Counted from the first letter of the stretch, positions 30,915-42,610 are shown. The stretch is 64,000 nt of DNA from an uncultured Candidatus Saccharibacteria bacterium (GCA_964390745.1 CAYMIK010000002.1:26866-90865), one strand, 5' to 3'. The notes: a model not told the origin generated them from the sequence alone. Translations and numbers: made by a program.

Positions 30915-32554
30915 TGGCCAAGAAACAACCAACGAAGTACATCTTCGTTACAGGAGGAGTTATCTCGGGTATTGGAAAAGGTGTAGCCACCTCTTCTATC
31001 GCGCGAATCTTGAAAGATAAGGGGTATCGTGTTTCGTGTATGAAGGCAGATATGTACATCAACCTTGATGCAGGAACGATGCGTCCAACCGTTCACGGAG
31101 AAGTGTTCGTGACAACTGATGGTATGGAAACAGACCAAGACGTTGGAAACTATGAACGATTTTTGGACGAACCACTGGATTCACGGCACTATACCACCAC
31201 AGGTCAGGTATATCAGACCGTTATTCAAAAAGAGCGAAACCTCGAATACGATGGAATTTGTGTTGAAGTTGTTCCACATATTCCCGAAGAGTTTATTCGT
31301 CGCGTAAAAGCAGGTGCAAAAGACAAGAGCTCTGAAATATTCGTAATTGAAATTGGTGGAACAACGGGTGAGTATCAGCAGGCTCTGTTCTTGGAGGCTA
31401 TCCGAATGATGGCGTTGCAAGAGGGTTCTGAAAATATTATCAATATTCACGTTGCGTACTTGCCAATTCCTCAGCACTTGGGTGAAATGAAGTCAAAACC
31501 GGTGCAGCACTCCGTGCGAATGCTGAACGGCGCCGGAATCCAGCCTGATTTTATTGTTGCTCGCTCAGAGGAGTATATCGACGAAGAACGACGCAAGAAG
31601 ATTTCTATCTTCTGCAATGTTTCTCCTGACTCAGTTATCGCAGCACCAAACGTGAAGTCTATTTACAGCGTTCCCTTGGTCTATGAAAAGCAGAAATTTG
31701 GCGATAAGCTCTTGAAGCGGATGGGGCTCAAGGCAAAGAAGAAGGATGGTAAAGAGTGGCAGGCGCTTGTAAAACGCATTGAATCGGCCAAAAAAGAGGT
31801 AAAAATCGGTATAGTAGGGAAGTACTTCGATGTCGGAAACTTCACTTTGGAAGATTCGTACATTTCTGTTATCGAATCCCTGAAACATGCAGCCTGGGCA
31901 AATGGCGTAAAGCCAAAGTTGGATTGGATTAACTCGAAAGAATTTGAAAAAGATCCTAAGGCACTTGAACGATTGAAAGAATACGATGGTATCTTGGTTC
32001 CTGGCGGATTCGGCTCAAGTGGAATCGAAGGAAAGATTAAAGTTATCGAATTTGTTCGAGAGCACAAAATTCCATACTTTGGTTTGTGCTACGGCATGCA
32101 GCTTGCAGTGATCGAGTTTACGCGCAATGTTCTTGGATTGAAGGATGCTCACACTACCGAGGTGAATCCAAAGACCAAGAATCCGGTGATTCACATCATG
32201 GCCGAGCAGGTTGAGAAAGTTGCCAAGAAAGATCTTGGTGGAACGATGCGACTTGGCTCATACCCATGCGTATTGGTTCCAGGCTTGAAAGTTGCAAGCG
32301 CCTACGGAACTCGAAAGATTTCCGAACGACATCGCCATCGATATGAGTACAACAACGAGTATCGAAAGCAGCTTGAAGACGCTGGGCTGAAGGTTGCTGG
32401 TCTTTACCCTGAAAAAGACTTAGTAGAAATTGTGGAGCTTGAAGGACACCCATGGTTTGTGGGAACACAGTTCCACCCAGAGTTCCAATCTTCGCCATTG
32501 AATCCACATCCTTTGTTTAAGGACTTCATAGCAGCGGCGTTGAAGAACAAATAG
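30914..32554 (+). CDS. pyrG: CTP synthase
   Basis: KYIFVTGGVISGIGKG, HGEVFVT, GLCYGMQ, ERHRHRYE, QFHPEF motifs. Confidence 0.97.
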   Translation: MAKKQPTKYIFVTGGVISGIGKGVATSSIARILKDKGYRVSCMKADMYINLDAGTMRPTVHGEVFVTTDGMETDQDVGNYERFLDEPLDSRHYTTTGQVYQTVIQKERNLEYDGICVEVVPHIPEEFIRRVKAGAKDKSSEIFVIEIGGTTGEYQQALFLEAIRMMALQEGSENIINIHVAYLPIPQHLGEMKSKPVQHSVRMLNGAGIQPDFIVARSEEYIDEERRKKISIFCNVSPDSVIAAPNVKSIYSVPLVYEKQKFGDKLLKRMGLKAKKKDGKEWQALVKRIESAKKEVKIGIVGKYFDVGNFTLEDSYISVIESLKHAAWANGVKPKLDWINSKEFEKDPKALERLKEYDGILVPGGFGSSGIEGKIKVIEFVREHKIPYFGLCYGMQLAVIEFTRNVLGLKDAHTTEVNPKTKNPVIHIMAEQVEKVAKKDLGGTMRLGSYPCVLVPGLKVASAYGTRKISERHRHRYEYNNEYRKQLEDAGLKVAGLYPEKDLVEIVELEGHPWFVGTQFHPEFQSSPLNPHPLFKDFIAAALKNK

Positions 32555-32560
32555 TCAAAC

Positions 32561-32593
32561 ACTAAAAAACACCGGTGATCGGTGTTTTTTAGT
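32561..32593. terminator. Bidirectional intrinsic terminator
   Basis: ACTAAAAAACACCG-GTGAT-CGGTGTTTTTTAGT. Confidence 0.85.
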
Positions 32594-33044
32594 TCTTCTT
32601 GAGTGTTGTGACGAGTTGATCAACCTTCTTCGTTATCTTATCGTAACTTTTTTCAAAAAAGGCGTGCATTTGTTTATCCGTCTTTGGGGGTTTACGAACC
32701 TCACCGATATCAGCTATGTGCCAGACGATAACCTTTCTTGGAAGTTTCACTATTTTTTTGACTTCGCTGAAGACGCGTTGATTGACGCAGACGATGATAT
32801 CGTTTTTGTCTATGCGAGCTTGCGTGAGTCGGTTACTTCGTTTCTTTTTGTATTTTTTAATTTTGTGTTCAATGAAAATGCTCTTCAGGTTGTCACTGAT
32901 GGTGTCGGGATCGCGGTTTGCCACGGTTCCACTTGAAATAACGCTGACGTTGGGAAGATGGAGCGACTTGAGATACGCCTCGGCAATCTTACTTCGAAAA
33001 ATATTTCCGCGACAGATAAAATGGATACGCAACGATTTTTTCAT
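32589..33044 (-). CDS. Low-molecular-weight phosphatase (LMW-PTP/ArsC fold)
   Basis: P-loop CRGNIFRS (CX5R, second Cys absent); WHIAD acid loop. Confidence 0.8.
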   Translation of the reverse strand: MKKSLRIHFICRGNIFRSKIAEAYLKSLHLPNVSVISSGTVANRDPDTISDNLKSIFIEHKIKKYKKKRSNRLTQARIDKNDIIVCVNQRVFSEVKKIVKLPRKVIVWHIADIGEVRKPPKTDKQMHAFFEKSYDKITKKVDQLVTTLKKN

Positions 33045-33131
33045 GGGGGAATGATATCACGAAGGGCAAATGGGGACAATGTGCGAGAAAATGATGATAT
33101 AATCGAAGGCGTAAGCCAATGAAAGGAAATT

Positions 33132-33797
33132 ATGAAACTTCTTCTCACGTCGAGCGGACTCATGAATACATCAATTATTCGTGAGCTAAAACGACTCATT
33201 GGAAAACCGATGAGCAAGGTGAATGTCGCCTTTATTCCTACAGCGTTGAATGTGGAAGAGGGGGACAAGCATTGGTTTTTAGAAGATCTCCAGGATATCT
33301 ACAAGTTGAAACCTGCACAAGTGGATATAGTTGATATTTCGGCGTTATCGCGCGAAGTATGGCAAAAGCGCCTTCAAAAAGCAGATGTTCTTATTTTTGA
33401 AGGTGGCAATACGTTCCACCTTATTAACTGGGTTAGAAAGAGTGGGCTCGAAAAGATTCTGTCTAAGCTTTTGAAAACTCGTGTATATGTTGGAATTAGT
33501 GCGGGATCGATTCTGGTGAATCCAAGAATTAAACTCGTACCCGAGGAGAGGCTTGAATCTTTTGAACCTAAGGGATCGGTCCAAGAAGGTTTGGGTCTTG
33601 TGTCATTTGGAATTCGACCACATGTGAACAGAAGATCTTTTCCTGACATGCGATTTTCAAAACTCAAACAGCTTGCCAAAAAGACTGTGATGCCATTTTA
33701 CGCGATCGATGATGACACGGCCATTTCTGTTGATGGAAAAAAGATCAGAGTTATCTCAGAGGGCAAGTGGAAGCTCTTCAATGCTGAAAAGCAATGA
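33132..33797 (+). CDS. Peptidase E / S51 family (class I GATase-like)
   Basis: AFIPTA, GGNTF.L, GISAGS nucleophile elbow, IRPH motif. Confidence 0.88.
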   Translation: MKLLLTSSGLMNTSIIRELKRLIGKPMSKVNVAFIPTALNVEEGDKHWFLEDLQDIYKLKPAQVDIVDISALSREVWQKRLQKADVLIFEGGNTFHLINWVRKSGLEKILSKLLKTRVYVGISAGSILVNPRIKLVPEERLESFEPKGSVQEGLGLVSFGIRPHVNRRSFPDMRFSKLKQLAKKTVMPFYAIDDDTAISVDGKKIRVISEGKWKLFNAEKQ

Positions 33798-34399
33798 AGA
33801 TTCTTGAAAAGATTACTGAAGATGAAATGATTTCTGTATTCTTGCTCGCCGAGATTCATTCGAGCCGTTTTGGTGCCCGCATTCGAAAATTCGTGAAACA
33901 GCTCGGGGTCTCCAAGGAGGTTGTGCTGAACCCAGACCTCAAAGATGAAAAACAGAACAGGCAAAGAAAAAACATCCTCGAGAAACATCGATATTACAAG
34001 AGTCGAAAAAGATTTTTCGAGAGCTTTCCTGCGGATGTTCAATGGTATCGAGCTGAAATAAACCCAAGAGAATTCAGAAAACTCTTTTACATCAATGAAG
34101 AGTACTGGGTGCTCCGCTCTCATGGCTCGAGACTTGCGAGTGATGGTGCGAAAAGTGTTCTTTCGGGAGAGAAAATCTTTAGTGAATCCAATCGGGTATT
34201 TTACGATGTCGCAAGATCTCTTGATAACAAAACGCAACGGCCAATCATCCTGGTCGCACAAAACAAAACGTCAAAACGTGTGGTCATGGAAGGTCATGTG
34301 CGCATGACAGCTTATTCGATGCGACAAAAAAAGATTCCAAAAAGAATGAGAGTTCTTGTGGGCTTTTCAAAGAGAATGAATGAGTGGGATCTGTATTAG
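33794..34399 (+). CDS. Hypothetical protein with a ParB/Srx-like motif
   Basis: PIILV...VVMEGHVRMTA resembles the ParB-N DGHHR motif; translationally coupled to the S51 gene. Confidence 0.6.
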   Translation: MKILEKITEDEMISVFLLAEIHSSRFGARIRKFVKQLGVSKEVVLNPDLKDEKQNRQRKNILEKHRYYKSRKRFFESFPADVQWYRAEINPREFRKLFYINEEYWVLRSHGSRLASDGAKSVLSGEKIFSESNRVFYDVARSLDNKTQRPIILVAQNKTSKRVVMEGHVRMTAYSMRQKKIPKRMRVLVGFSKRMNEWDLY

Positions 34400-34409
34400 C
34401 GACCTAATC

Positions 34410-34435
34410 AAAAACTGCTCGTGAGAGCAGTTTTT
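34410..34435. terminator. Bidirectional intrinsic terminator
   Basis: AAAAACTGCTC-GTGA-GAGCAGTTTTT between convergent genes. Confidence 0.85.
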
Positions 34436-34443
34436 ATATCAAC

Positions 34444-34740
34444 TTATTTCGCTTTTTTTACAGCGCCAGCTTCAACGCTTACAAACGTTCGAAGCTTGAG
34501 AAGTCCGGTATAAGCTTTCACCTTTCGGCGAGCAAACTTTACCTTACCTTCAATCGTTGCAAAGATGGTGTGGTCCTTACCCATGCGAACGCCTGTTCCT
34601 GGGTGGAATTCCGTTCCGCGTTGGCGGATAATGATGTTTCCCGGGAGAGCCTTGGAACCACCAAAGATCTTCACGCCGAGGCGTTTGGATTGTGATTCGC
34701 GGTTATTGGAGGTAGAACCAGCGGCTTTTTTGTGTGCCAT
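34444..34740 (-). CDS. rpmA: 50S ribosomal protein L27
   Basis: [23 protein letters not shown] and IIIRQRGT motifs. Confidence 0.97.
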   Translation of the reverse strand: MAHKKAAGSTSNNRESQSKRLGVKIFGGSKALPGNIIIRQRGTEFHPGTGVRMGKDHTIFATIEGKVKFARRKVKAYTGLLKLRTFVSVEAGAVKKAK

Positions 34741-34760
34741 GTTGTTTCAAAAATTAGAAG

Positions 34761-36005
34761 CTAGATGCTCCATACGCTGATTTCGCGTCCAACCTGAGCG
34801 TCGGGGCGAGCGTACAGAAAAGTTTTTCGTGAGACGGAAAAATCGGAAGGGGGAGTAATGCCCGATCCTGAAAAAAGATCAAGCTGAGTATATCCCAAAC
34901 TGCGTACGGTGTCAAGCCATGGGGCGAAAACGCGGTCTTTTCCCATTTGATAGAACGGCATGCACAAAACAATGCGTGAATTTGGCTCAAAAAAGCCTGA
35001 TTTCAAGGACTTAAGTGCTTCGATGCAAATTCGCTTGAGTCGCATGTGTTCTTCGTTCAGATCGAAGATTTGAGGTTTGTTGAAAAATGTCTTTCCGAGG
35101 TACCCCTCGGTTACAACAGCATGCATTTTAACACCAAAAGTGTTGGCGACGGTTTGGGCGTTCGCTTGCTTGATTTCTATCGCCTTGCTGATTTCGGGGT
35201 GTTCCTTTTGGAGCCATGCCAAGTTTTCTTTGGCTCTCTCGATCACTTCTTCGCTTATGTCAGAGCCGTAGGCGTTGTAGCCCATGAGAACAGATTCCTG
35301 GAGGATGGTGCCAAGGCCACAAAATGGGTCGTAGATATTGGCGTTTTCTTTTGGTGTCGCAAGGTTAATAAGTATCTGCGAAAGTTTGAGGGGAAGCATT
35401 CCAAGTTTTTTGTCGCGATGTGGGCGAAACTCGTCGCGCTGTGAGTAGGCTTCGATATCTTGAACGGCGCAGGTTCGGGCGAGGCAGTATGCCGACTTCG
35501 TCTTGATAACAATGAGCTCGCTTTTTGTTTCGTGCAGCTTGTTTTGAAATGTGGTTGCTGACGTAAGAATATTTTCTTGTCTTGATTCGACATAGCGCGA
35601 TTTGATGCCTTGGGATTTGAGTTCCTTTTTGAGCGAGATACCAATTCCGGAGAGTGTTCGTGCAATGTTCTGTTGAATGTTGAGCGCGCCGAGATTAAAG
35701 CTTCTGGCATCGTTGGTGAAGGCGTGTTTTGAGACAAGGTCGGCGGTAAAAACTTCGTTTATAAGTTGCGCAACATCGCGATGCGTTTTGGAAGCTTCGG
35801 CGTCTTCGAACTCTTCCACGATTTCCATAATACGAATAGTTCCACCCAATTGATTGATGAGTTTTTGGGCTTCGAGGTCTTTTGAAACTTCAATAACGAC
35901 AACTTCTTGTTCGTGGGAAAGGGAAGAAATCTCTGGCACAGCACAAAGAATTTCTGCTAAGCTGAGAGCTTTATTGGTTCCAAGTTGGAAGGCGTATTTA
36001 GGCAT
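34761..36005 (-). CDS. Trm11/TrmG10-like RNA methyltransferase (UPF0020 family)
   Basis: GML..KL.QILINLA, IYDPFCGLGTILQE, GSDI, VVTEGYLG motifs. Confidence 0.75.
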   Translation of the reverse strand: MPKYAFQLGTNKALSLAEILCAVPEISSLSHEQEVVVIEVSKDLEAQKLINQLGGTIRIMEIVEEFEDAEASKTHRDVAQLINEVFTADLVSKHAFTNDARSFNLGALNIQQNIARTLSGIGISLKKELKSQGIKSRYVESRQENILTSATTFQNKLHETKSELIVIKTKSAYCLARTCAVQDIEAYSQRDEFRPHRDKKLGMLPLKLSQILINLATPKENANIYDPFCGLGTILQESVLMGYNAYGSDISEEVIERAKENLAWLQKEHPEISKAIEIKQANAQTVANTFGVKMHAVVTEGYLGKTFFNKPQIFDLNEEHMRLKRICIEALKSLKSGFFEPNSRIVLCMPFYQMGKDRVFAPWLDTVRSLGYTQLDLFSGSGITPPSDFSVSRKTFLYARPDAQVGREISVWSI

Positions 36006-36053
36006 AATGACGAGGTTAATCGTTTCTTAATAAACAAGTGCCAGAATCGTAGC

Positions 36054-36635
36054 ATGAAACTTTTAGAAAGTCGAAAAGAAATCTTGATTCGAGCTTTGAA
36101 GGTGCTGTGTTTGGTTTTAGCGCTCGCTTCTGCTTTTGTGGGTGGGGTGTTGTACTCAAGGCAGCCCGACGGCTTGAATTTTGTTGAGCCAAAGCCGCGG
36201 CCAAAGGCAGTCGTCGCGGTAAATGCGGGTGGAGTTGCCGTTCCAAAGTCGCAGGATTTTACATTGTATGCAAAAGACGGACTTGCGACAGCGGGGGACA
36301 AGGTGACGGTTTCAGGGTTTGCTGGGCCCATTTCTGTTTTTAATGATTCGCTAGAAGTGGAGTTGAATTTTGAGAAAGGGTTTGGGGCGCAGGGGTCTGT
36401 TCCTGCGTGTGGTGCAGGTGAAGATGCTCTTGCGGGTTCTGCTGATGCAAAAAGTTCTGGAGCAAGTACTTCTGGCCGAATAGTGGCATCAAAAAGTGGC
36501 ACGAAGTATTATTTTGAGTCGTGCTCGGAGGTTGGGCGAATTAAGAAGGAAAACTTGGTGTATTTTGCTTCGGAGGCAGGGGCGAAGGCGAATGGGTATG
36601 ATGCGTCGAGTTGTGTAAGTAAGACAAGAATCTAA
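36054..36635 (+). CDS. Membrane-anchored protein with a C-terminal Ada-like metal-binding domain
   Basis: N-terminal TM; VASKSGTKYY..SC....IKKEN.VYF.S...A...GY....C; start reassigned to ATG 36054. Confidence 0.7.
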   Translation: MKLLESRKEILIRALKVLCLVLALASAFVGGVLYSRQPDGLNFVEPKPRPKAVVAVNAGGVAVPKSQDFTLYAKDGLATAGDKVTVSGFAGPISVFNDSLEVELNFEKGFGAQGSVPACGAGEDALAGSADAKSSGASTSGRIVASKSGTKYYFESCSEVGRIKKENLVYFASEAGAKANGYDASSCVSKTRI

Positions 36636-36657
36636 AATACACTATTAGCCGGAATTA

Positions 36658-37314
36658 TTAGAAAAGGCTAATCCAGTACTTCAATTTTGATTGTTCCATA
36701 AATCTATAATGCTTTCCCGGATCCTTAGAGATTTCTTCTTGCACATATTCTACAGCCTTCTCGAAACTCTTATATAGTGAAAATGGGTCAATAATGTACC
36801 TTTTTGATTCGCTTTTTTTCCAAGATTGATCTTCCTGTATGACATCGCCCGAATCTATTGCGCCCAAAATGAAGAAAGAAAGAATCTTGGTGGTTTTGTT
36901 TCGATGATAAAGTGAATACTTGTTATGTTTTACGCCATTTGCTAAATCGGCAAGGGCCTGAACAAGGTCCTGATTGTTAATAACCATATAACGTGACAAG
37001 AAGTCTGGGTGGCTAATGCCCAGAACTTTTCTCAGGATATCAATACCAATACTCAACAGTAGTAGCGATGCAAAAATTGCTGGACCAAACGTCAAGTTGT
37101 GCATATTATTCTTTCCTGCCCTCGTCTTTCCAAGACAATACATTATATCCTCTCTTAGCAAATAGAGCGGAGAGTACCTTATCCCGTATTTGATAATATG
37201 TTGCTCGTTGTATTTTTGTCTATAGTCCAGTGCATATCGCGCATGATCAAGCCTTGGGGAATAGAAATAAAAAAACGACCTCAGGTCAATTTCTTCTGTG
37301 GGAATCTTTTTCAT
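36658..37314 (-). CDS. Hypothetical protein, possibly HEPN-like
   Basis: 218-aa helical ORF whose start overlaps the atpC stop; DLANGVKH motif; visibly more AT-rich than its neighbours. Confidence 0.65.
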   Translation of the reverse strand: MKKIPTEEIDLRSFFYFYSPRLDHARYALDYRQKYNEQHIIKYGIRYSPLYLLREDIMYCLGKTRAGKNNMHNLTFGPAIFASLLLLSIGIDILRKVLGISHPDFLSRYMVINNQDLVQALADLANGVKHNKYSLYHRNKTTKILSFFILGAIDSGDVIQEDQSWKKSESKRYIIDPFSLYKSFEKAVEYVQEEISKDPGKHYRFMEQSKLKYWISLF

Positions 37315-37717
37315 TTATCTTGAGCAACCTTCAGTCTCGTTCTCGCATACTCCAACGCCTTCAAAGCTTGATCAAAGCTCAACGAATTGTCTCTGCCTTG
37401 CATTACGGCAAGAGCTTTTTGTCGCGAAGCTTCAGCTTCGGCAATGTTGATATCCGAAGGAAGTTCGGCAGAATCGGCAAGAATAGTGACAATGTTGTTA
37501 TTTACTTCCAAGAATCCGCCGCTTGTGGCTAAGGCGATTCGCTCAGAGCCGCTGTGAATTTTAATTTCACCCGGCTCGATGAGGGTTACCAGGTTATCGT
37601 GGTGGGGAAGGATTGTTATTTCTCCTAACGCCGTTTTTGCGGTTACTGAATCTGCTGTTTGTGAATAAACAGTTTTTTCTTGGGTAACAACGGTGAATTG
37701 GAGAGACTTTGATTCCA

Positions 37718-37718
<1 letters not shown>
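37311..37718 (-). CDS. atpC: ATP synthase F1 epsilon subunit
   Basis: GEITILPHH, SGGFLEV, VTILADSAE motifs; operon position. Confidence 0.94.
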
Positions 37719-39106
<1,388 letters not shown>

Positions 39107-40015
39107 TTATTTGCTAGATGCTGCGCCAGCAGAAATTTCTGCCAACTCCTTCGTGATGCCTTCCTGACGAAGGCGGTTAAATGTAAGTGTGAGATCATCA
39201 ATCAACTCGGAGGCATTGTCAGAAGCATTCTTCATCGCAATCATACGAGCAGAATGTTCCGAAGCATTGGCTTCGAGCAAATTGTGATACACAAGGGTTG
39301 AAACCAAACGGGGGAGAAGTTTTTCTAAAACTTCAGCTCGGCCGGGTTCAAAAATATAATCGGGTGCAACAGGAAGTGTCTCAAGTTTTTCTTTCACGTC
39401 ATCGCGAAGATCTCCGAGATCTTCAATTTTTTCATGTGTGAGTGGCAACACTCCACGAATGAATGGCTTCTGTGACAACGTGGAGTAAAAGTTTGTAAAT
39501 GCCATGATCACTTTGTCATAGGTGCCTTGCGTGTAGGGAGTGATCAGTGATTCTGTAAATTTCCCGGCATCTTCTGTAGAGAAATTTCCATCAAACGAAG
39601 GGAATTCGGCGAGAAGTTCACGGCCAGTTTTCTTAACGTAGTTGGTTGCCTTCTTTCCCGCGGTAATGAAGTGCGTTGTTTTGCCTTTTTTGTCCTGCTC
39701 TTTCAAGAATTCATCAACCTTGCGGAACATGTTGGTATTGAGAGCGCCAACTAGGCCTTTGTCTGGAGAAATGAGCGCCACGATCTGCAAGTTCGTTTGC
39801 TTCTTCATGAGAAGTGGGTGTTCGTTCACGTTCAATGTTTTTGCAAGGCTTTGCAACATCAAGAAAGCCTTTTCGGCATAGGCACGTCCTGCAACCGCAC
39901 GATCTTGCGCGCGTCGCATCTTGGTGGCCGAAACGGTCTCCATAGCCGAGGTAATCTGCTGAATATTCTTTGCAGATTTACGTCGTCTTTGAATTTCTTT
40001 CGTTGAGTTGCTCAT
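39107..40015 (-). CDS. atpG: ATP synthase F1 gamma subunit
   Basis: ITSAMETV, SEHSARM.AM, RQEGITKEL.EI motifs. Confidence 0.97.
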   Translation of the reverse strand: MSNSTKEIQRRRKSAKNIQQITSAMETVSATKMRRAQDRAVAGRAYAEKAFLMLQSLAKTLNVNEHPLLMKKQTNLQIVALISPDKGLVGALNTNMFRKVDEFLKEQDKKGKTTHFITAGKKATNYVKKTGRELLAEFPSFDGNFSTEDAGKFTESLITPYTQGTYDKVIMAFTNFYSTLSQKPFIRGVLPLTHEKIEDLGDLRDDVKEKLETLPVAPDYIFEPGRAEVLEKLLPRLVSTLVYHNLLEANASEHSARMIAMKNASDNASELIDDLTLTFNRLRQEGITKELAEISAGAASSK

Positions 40016-40020
40016 AGTTT

Positions 40021-40057
40021 ATTTCTCGACTCGCTGCTTTTGCAGCTCGCTCGAAAT
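40021..40057. repeat. REP-like imperfect palindrome in the atpA-atpG spacer
   Basis: ATTTCTCGACTC-GCTGC-TTTT-GCAGC-TCGCTCGAAAT; single copy in this window. Confidence 0.4.
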
Positions 40058-40062
40058 ATGAA

Positions 40063-41583
40063 TTACTTCTTAATGTTGTCCTTCACAAAAGCTTCGAGAA
40101 CTTTCTTTAATCCACCTTCGAGTTCATCGTTCCAATCGTATTTGGAGTCCTTCAGCGCTTGTACCCAGGTAGATCCAAACTTTTCAAGATGGTTATACAG
40201 TGCTTCTTCGAGTTCACCGATCTTTTCTACTTCTGCTTCGTCTAGATATCCACGAGTCACTGCGTAAATCATCGCAACTTGGTTTTCGACAGAAAGAGGG
40301 GAGCCCTGTTTTTGCTTCAAAGCTTCAACGACGCGCTTGCCTCGTTCAATCTTTTTCTTGGTATCAGCATCAAGGTCGGATCCGAACTGAGCAAATGCAG
40401 CCAATTCGCGGAACTGTGCAAGGTCGAGTCGCAAACCACCCGAAACTTTTTTCATGGCTTTGGTTTGAGCAGCGGAACCTACGCGAGAAACCGAGATGCC
40501 CGTATCGATAGCGGGGCGCACACCTTGGTAGAACAAGTCGGACTGCAAGAAGATTTGTCCGTCAGTAATAGAGATAACGTTCGTTGGAATATAGGCAGAA
40601 ACGTCACCGGCTTGCGTTTCAATGATTGGCAAAGCGGTAAGTGAGCCACCACTTTGTGCATCGGAGAGCTTTGCAGCTCGTTCTAACAAGCGTGAGTGGA
40701 GATAGAAAACATCTCCAGGATAGGCTTCGCGTCCTGGCGGGCGGCGTAAAATAAGTGAAATTTCTCGGTAGGCTGCAGCGTGCTTGGAAAGATCATCGTA
40801 GACAACCAGCGCATCTTTTCCTTGTGACATAAAATATTCACCGATAGCTGCTCCGGCGTATGGCGCCAAGTACAGAAGCGAAGCGGGGAATGACGAAGAA
40901 GCGTTTACAACAATGGTGTATTCCATTGCGCCGTGCTTCTCGAGTTCAGCAATAATTTTGGCAATCTTTGATTCTTTCTGCCCGATAGCAACATAAATAC
41001 AAATCAAATCTTTGCCTTTTTGATTCAAAATAGTGTCGATGGCGATAGTGGTTTTACCTGTTTGGCGGTCACCAATGATGAGTTCTCGCTGACCACGACC
41101 AACCGGAATCATCGCGTCAATCGACTTCAAGCCTGTTTGCACGGGAGTATCAACACCTTTACGTTCGATAACACCAGGGGCAATTTTTTCGATTGGAAAT
41201 GCCTTGTCGCTCGCAATAGCTCCCTTGCCGTCTAATGCTTCGCCCAACGAGTTGACCACACGGCCAATCATTTCATCGCCAACGGGAATTTCCAAAATTC
41301 GTCCAGTAGCTTTTACTTGGCCACCTTCGCCTAACTTTTTGTAGTCTCCAAGAACAATCGCACCAACGTTGTCTTCTTCAAGGTTCAGCGCAACACCAAA
41401 TACGCCGCCTTCGAATTCCAACATTTCGGACGATTGAATATCTGACAAGCCATAAATTTGAGCAATTCCATCGGACAATTTGGTAATAGTTCCGACCTTC
41501 TCGTGAAGGGCTTTATTTGGGATGCTCGCAATCTCTGCTTTCAAGCTTTCAATCACTGCATCCTTGAAGTTCATATCTTTCAT
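40063..41583 (-). CDS. atpA: ATP synthase F1 alpha subunit
   Basis: [26 protein letters not shown] motifs. Confidence 0.98.
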   Translation of the reverse strand: MKDMNFKDAVIESLKAEIASIPNKALHEKVGTITKLSDGIAQIYGLSDIQSSEMLEFEGGVFGVALNLEEDNVGAIVLGDYKKLGEGGQVKATGRILEIPVGDEMIGRVVNSLGEALDGKGAIASDKAFPIEKIAPGVIERKGVDTPVQTGLKSIDAMIPVGRGQRELIIGDRQTGKTTIAIDTILNQKGKDLICIYVAIGQKESKIAKIIAELEKHGAMEYTIVVNASSSFPASLLYLAPYAGAAIGEYFMSQGKDALVVYDDLSKHAAAYREISLILRRPPGREAYPGDVFYLHSRLLERAAKLSDAQSGGSLTALPIIETQAGDVSAYIPTNVISITDGQIFLQSDLFYQGVRPAIDTGISVSRVGSAAQTKAMKKVSGGLRLDLAQFRELAAFAQFGSDLDADTKKKIERGKRVVEALKQKQGSPLSVENQVAMIYAVTRGYLDEAEVEKIGELEEALYNHLEKFGSTWVQALKDSKYDWNDELEGGLKKVLEAFVKDNIKK

Positions 41584-42116
41584 TGGTGTTTATTAACTCC
41601 CAGGATTAATTGTTCTTTCAAAACATTGATCTTTGCGCGTATCGTGTCGTCAATGACTTCGTCGCCATGCTGGATTCTTATTCCACCAAGGACCGAAGCG
41701 TCAACACGATGTACTACTTCAAGTTTTCTATCGAATTTCTTTTCCAATTTTTGTTCCAAAGATTTTTCTGTCTCTTTGGAGAGGGGAGTAGCCGATGTCA
41801 CAACGACTCGAGCTACGCCGGCATCTGCGTCTCGTGCTTCTTCAACTCGTTTGATGATGGTTTTGAGTTTTTCGATATCACCATTCTTCACAACAAGCAA
41901 AAGGAAGCGAGCGAATTCTTTTGAAGAAACTTTTTCTAACCACTTTTCTTTCTCTTCTGTTGTAAGGGTGGGGTCGAGCAAGAAACTGCGAAGCTTTCGT
42001 TCCGATCGTAAGAGATGGAAGAATGCCCACAACTCGTGCTGAAATTTCGTAAAAGCTTTTTCGCTCAAGCCAAGTTCAACAACGATCTTGGCATACTGTG
42101 ACGCCTCTAACTTCAT
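41580..42116 (-). CDS. atpH: ATP synthase F1 delta subunit
   Basis: VTSATPL and [17 protein letters not shown] motifs. Confidence 0.93.
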   Translation of the reverse strand: MKLEASQYAKIVVELGLSEKAFTKFQHELWAFFHLLRSERKLRSFLLDPTLTTEEKEKWLEKVSSKEFARFLLLVVKNGDIEKLKTIIKRVEEARDADAGVARVVVTSATPLSKETEKSLEQKLEKKFDRKLEVVHRVDASVLGGIRIQHGDEVIDDTIRAKINVLKEQLILGVNKHQ

Positions 42117-42610
42117 GCCAACTCCTTGATTGTCTTATCGACAATCGCTTCGTTCTTTTTGGCATCCATCGTTTCTTTGGAAACTTTCTCCAGCGCCATC
42201 ACGACCAACTTGGTTGTTTCGGCCTGAATCTCTGACTTCGCAGAATCACGCATGGCAGCAATTTCTCTTTCGGCACCTTCAAGCATCTTTTTCGAGTGCT
42301 CCTCGGCGTCTTTGTAGATATCCTGACTCAAGCGCGCGCCTGTCTTTTTCGCCTCATCAACAATACGTGAGGCTTCCTTCTTGGCTTCCTCGAGCTTCTT
42401 GGCAATTTCTGTATTAAGATCTTCGCGTTCTTTTTCGATTCGCTCAGCTTCCTGAATGCTCTTTTCGATCTTTTCTCGTCGTTTATCGAGCATTTCAACA
42501 ACTGGCTTGTACGCGAATTTCCACAATACAGCAGCCACTATCGCAAAGTTCACAACTTGTGCGATGAGAAGGCCTGGTTCAATTCCGAGTTTTTCAATGA
42601 GTTCGCCCAT
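42113..42610 (-). CDS. atpF: ATP synthase Fo b subunit
   Basis: AQVVNF...LWKFAYKP....LDKR followed by coiled coil. Confidence 0.94.
   Translation of the reverse strand: MGELIEKLGIEPGLLIAQVVNFAIVAAVLWKFAYKPVVEMLDKRREKIEKSIQEAERIEKEREDLNTEIAKKLEEAKKEASRIVDEAKKTGARLSQDIYKDAEEHSKKMLEGAEREIAAMRDSAKSEIQAETTKLVVMALEKVSKETMDAKKNEAIVDKTIKELA

Noticed and set aside
32589-33044. Arsenate reductase / ars operon
   Set aside because: The additional redox cysteine pair of Trx-dependent ArsC is not evident, and there are no ars genes nearby.
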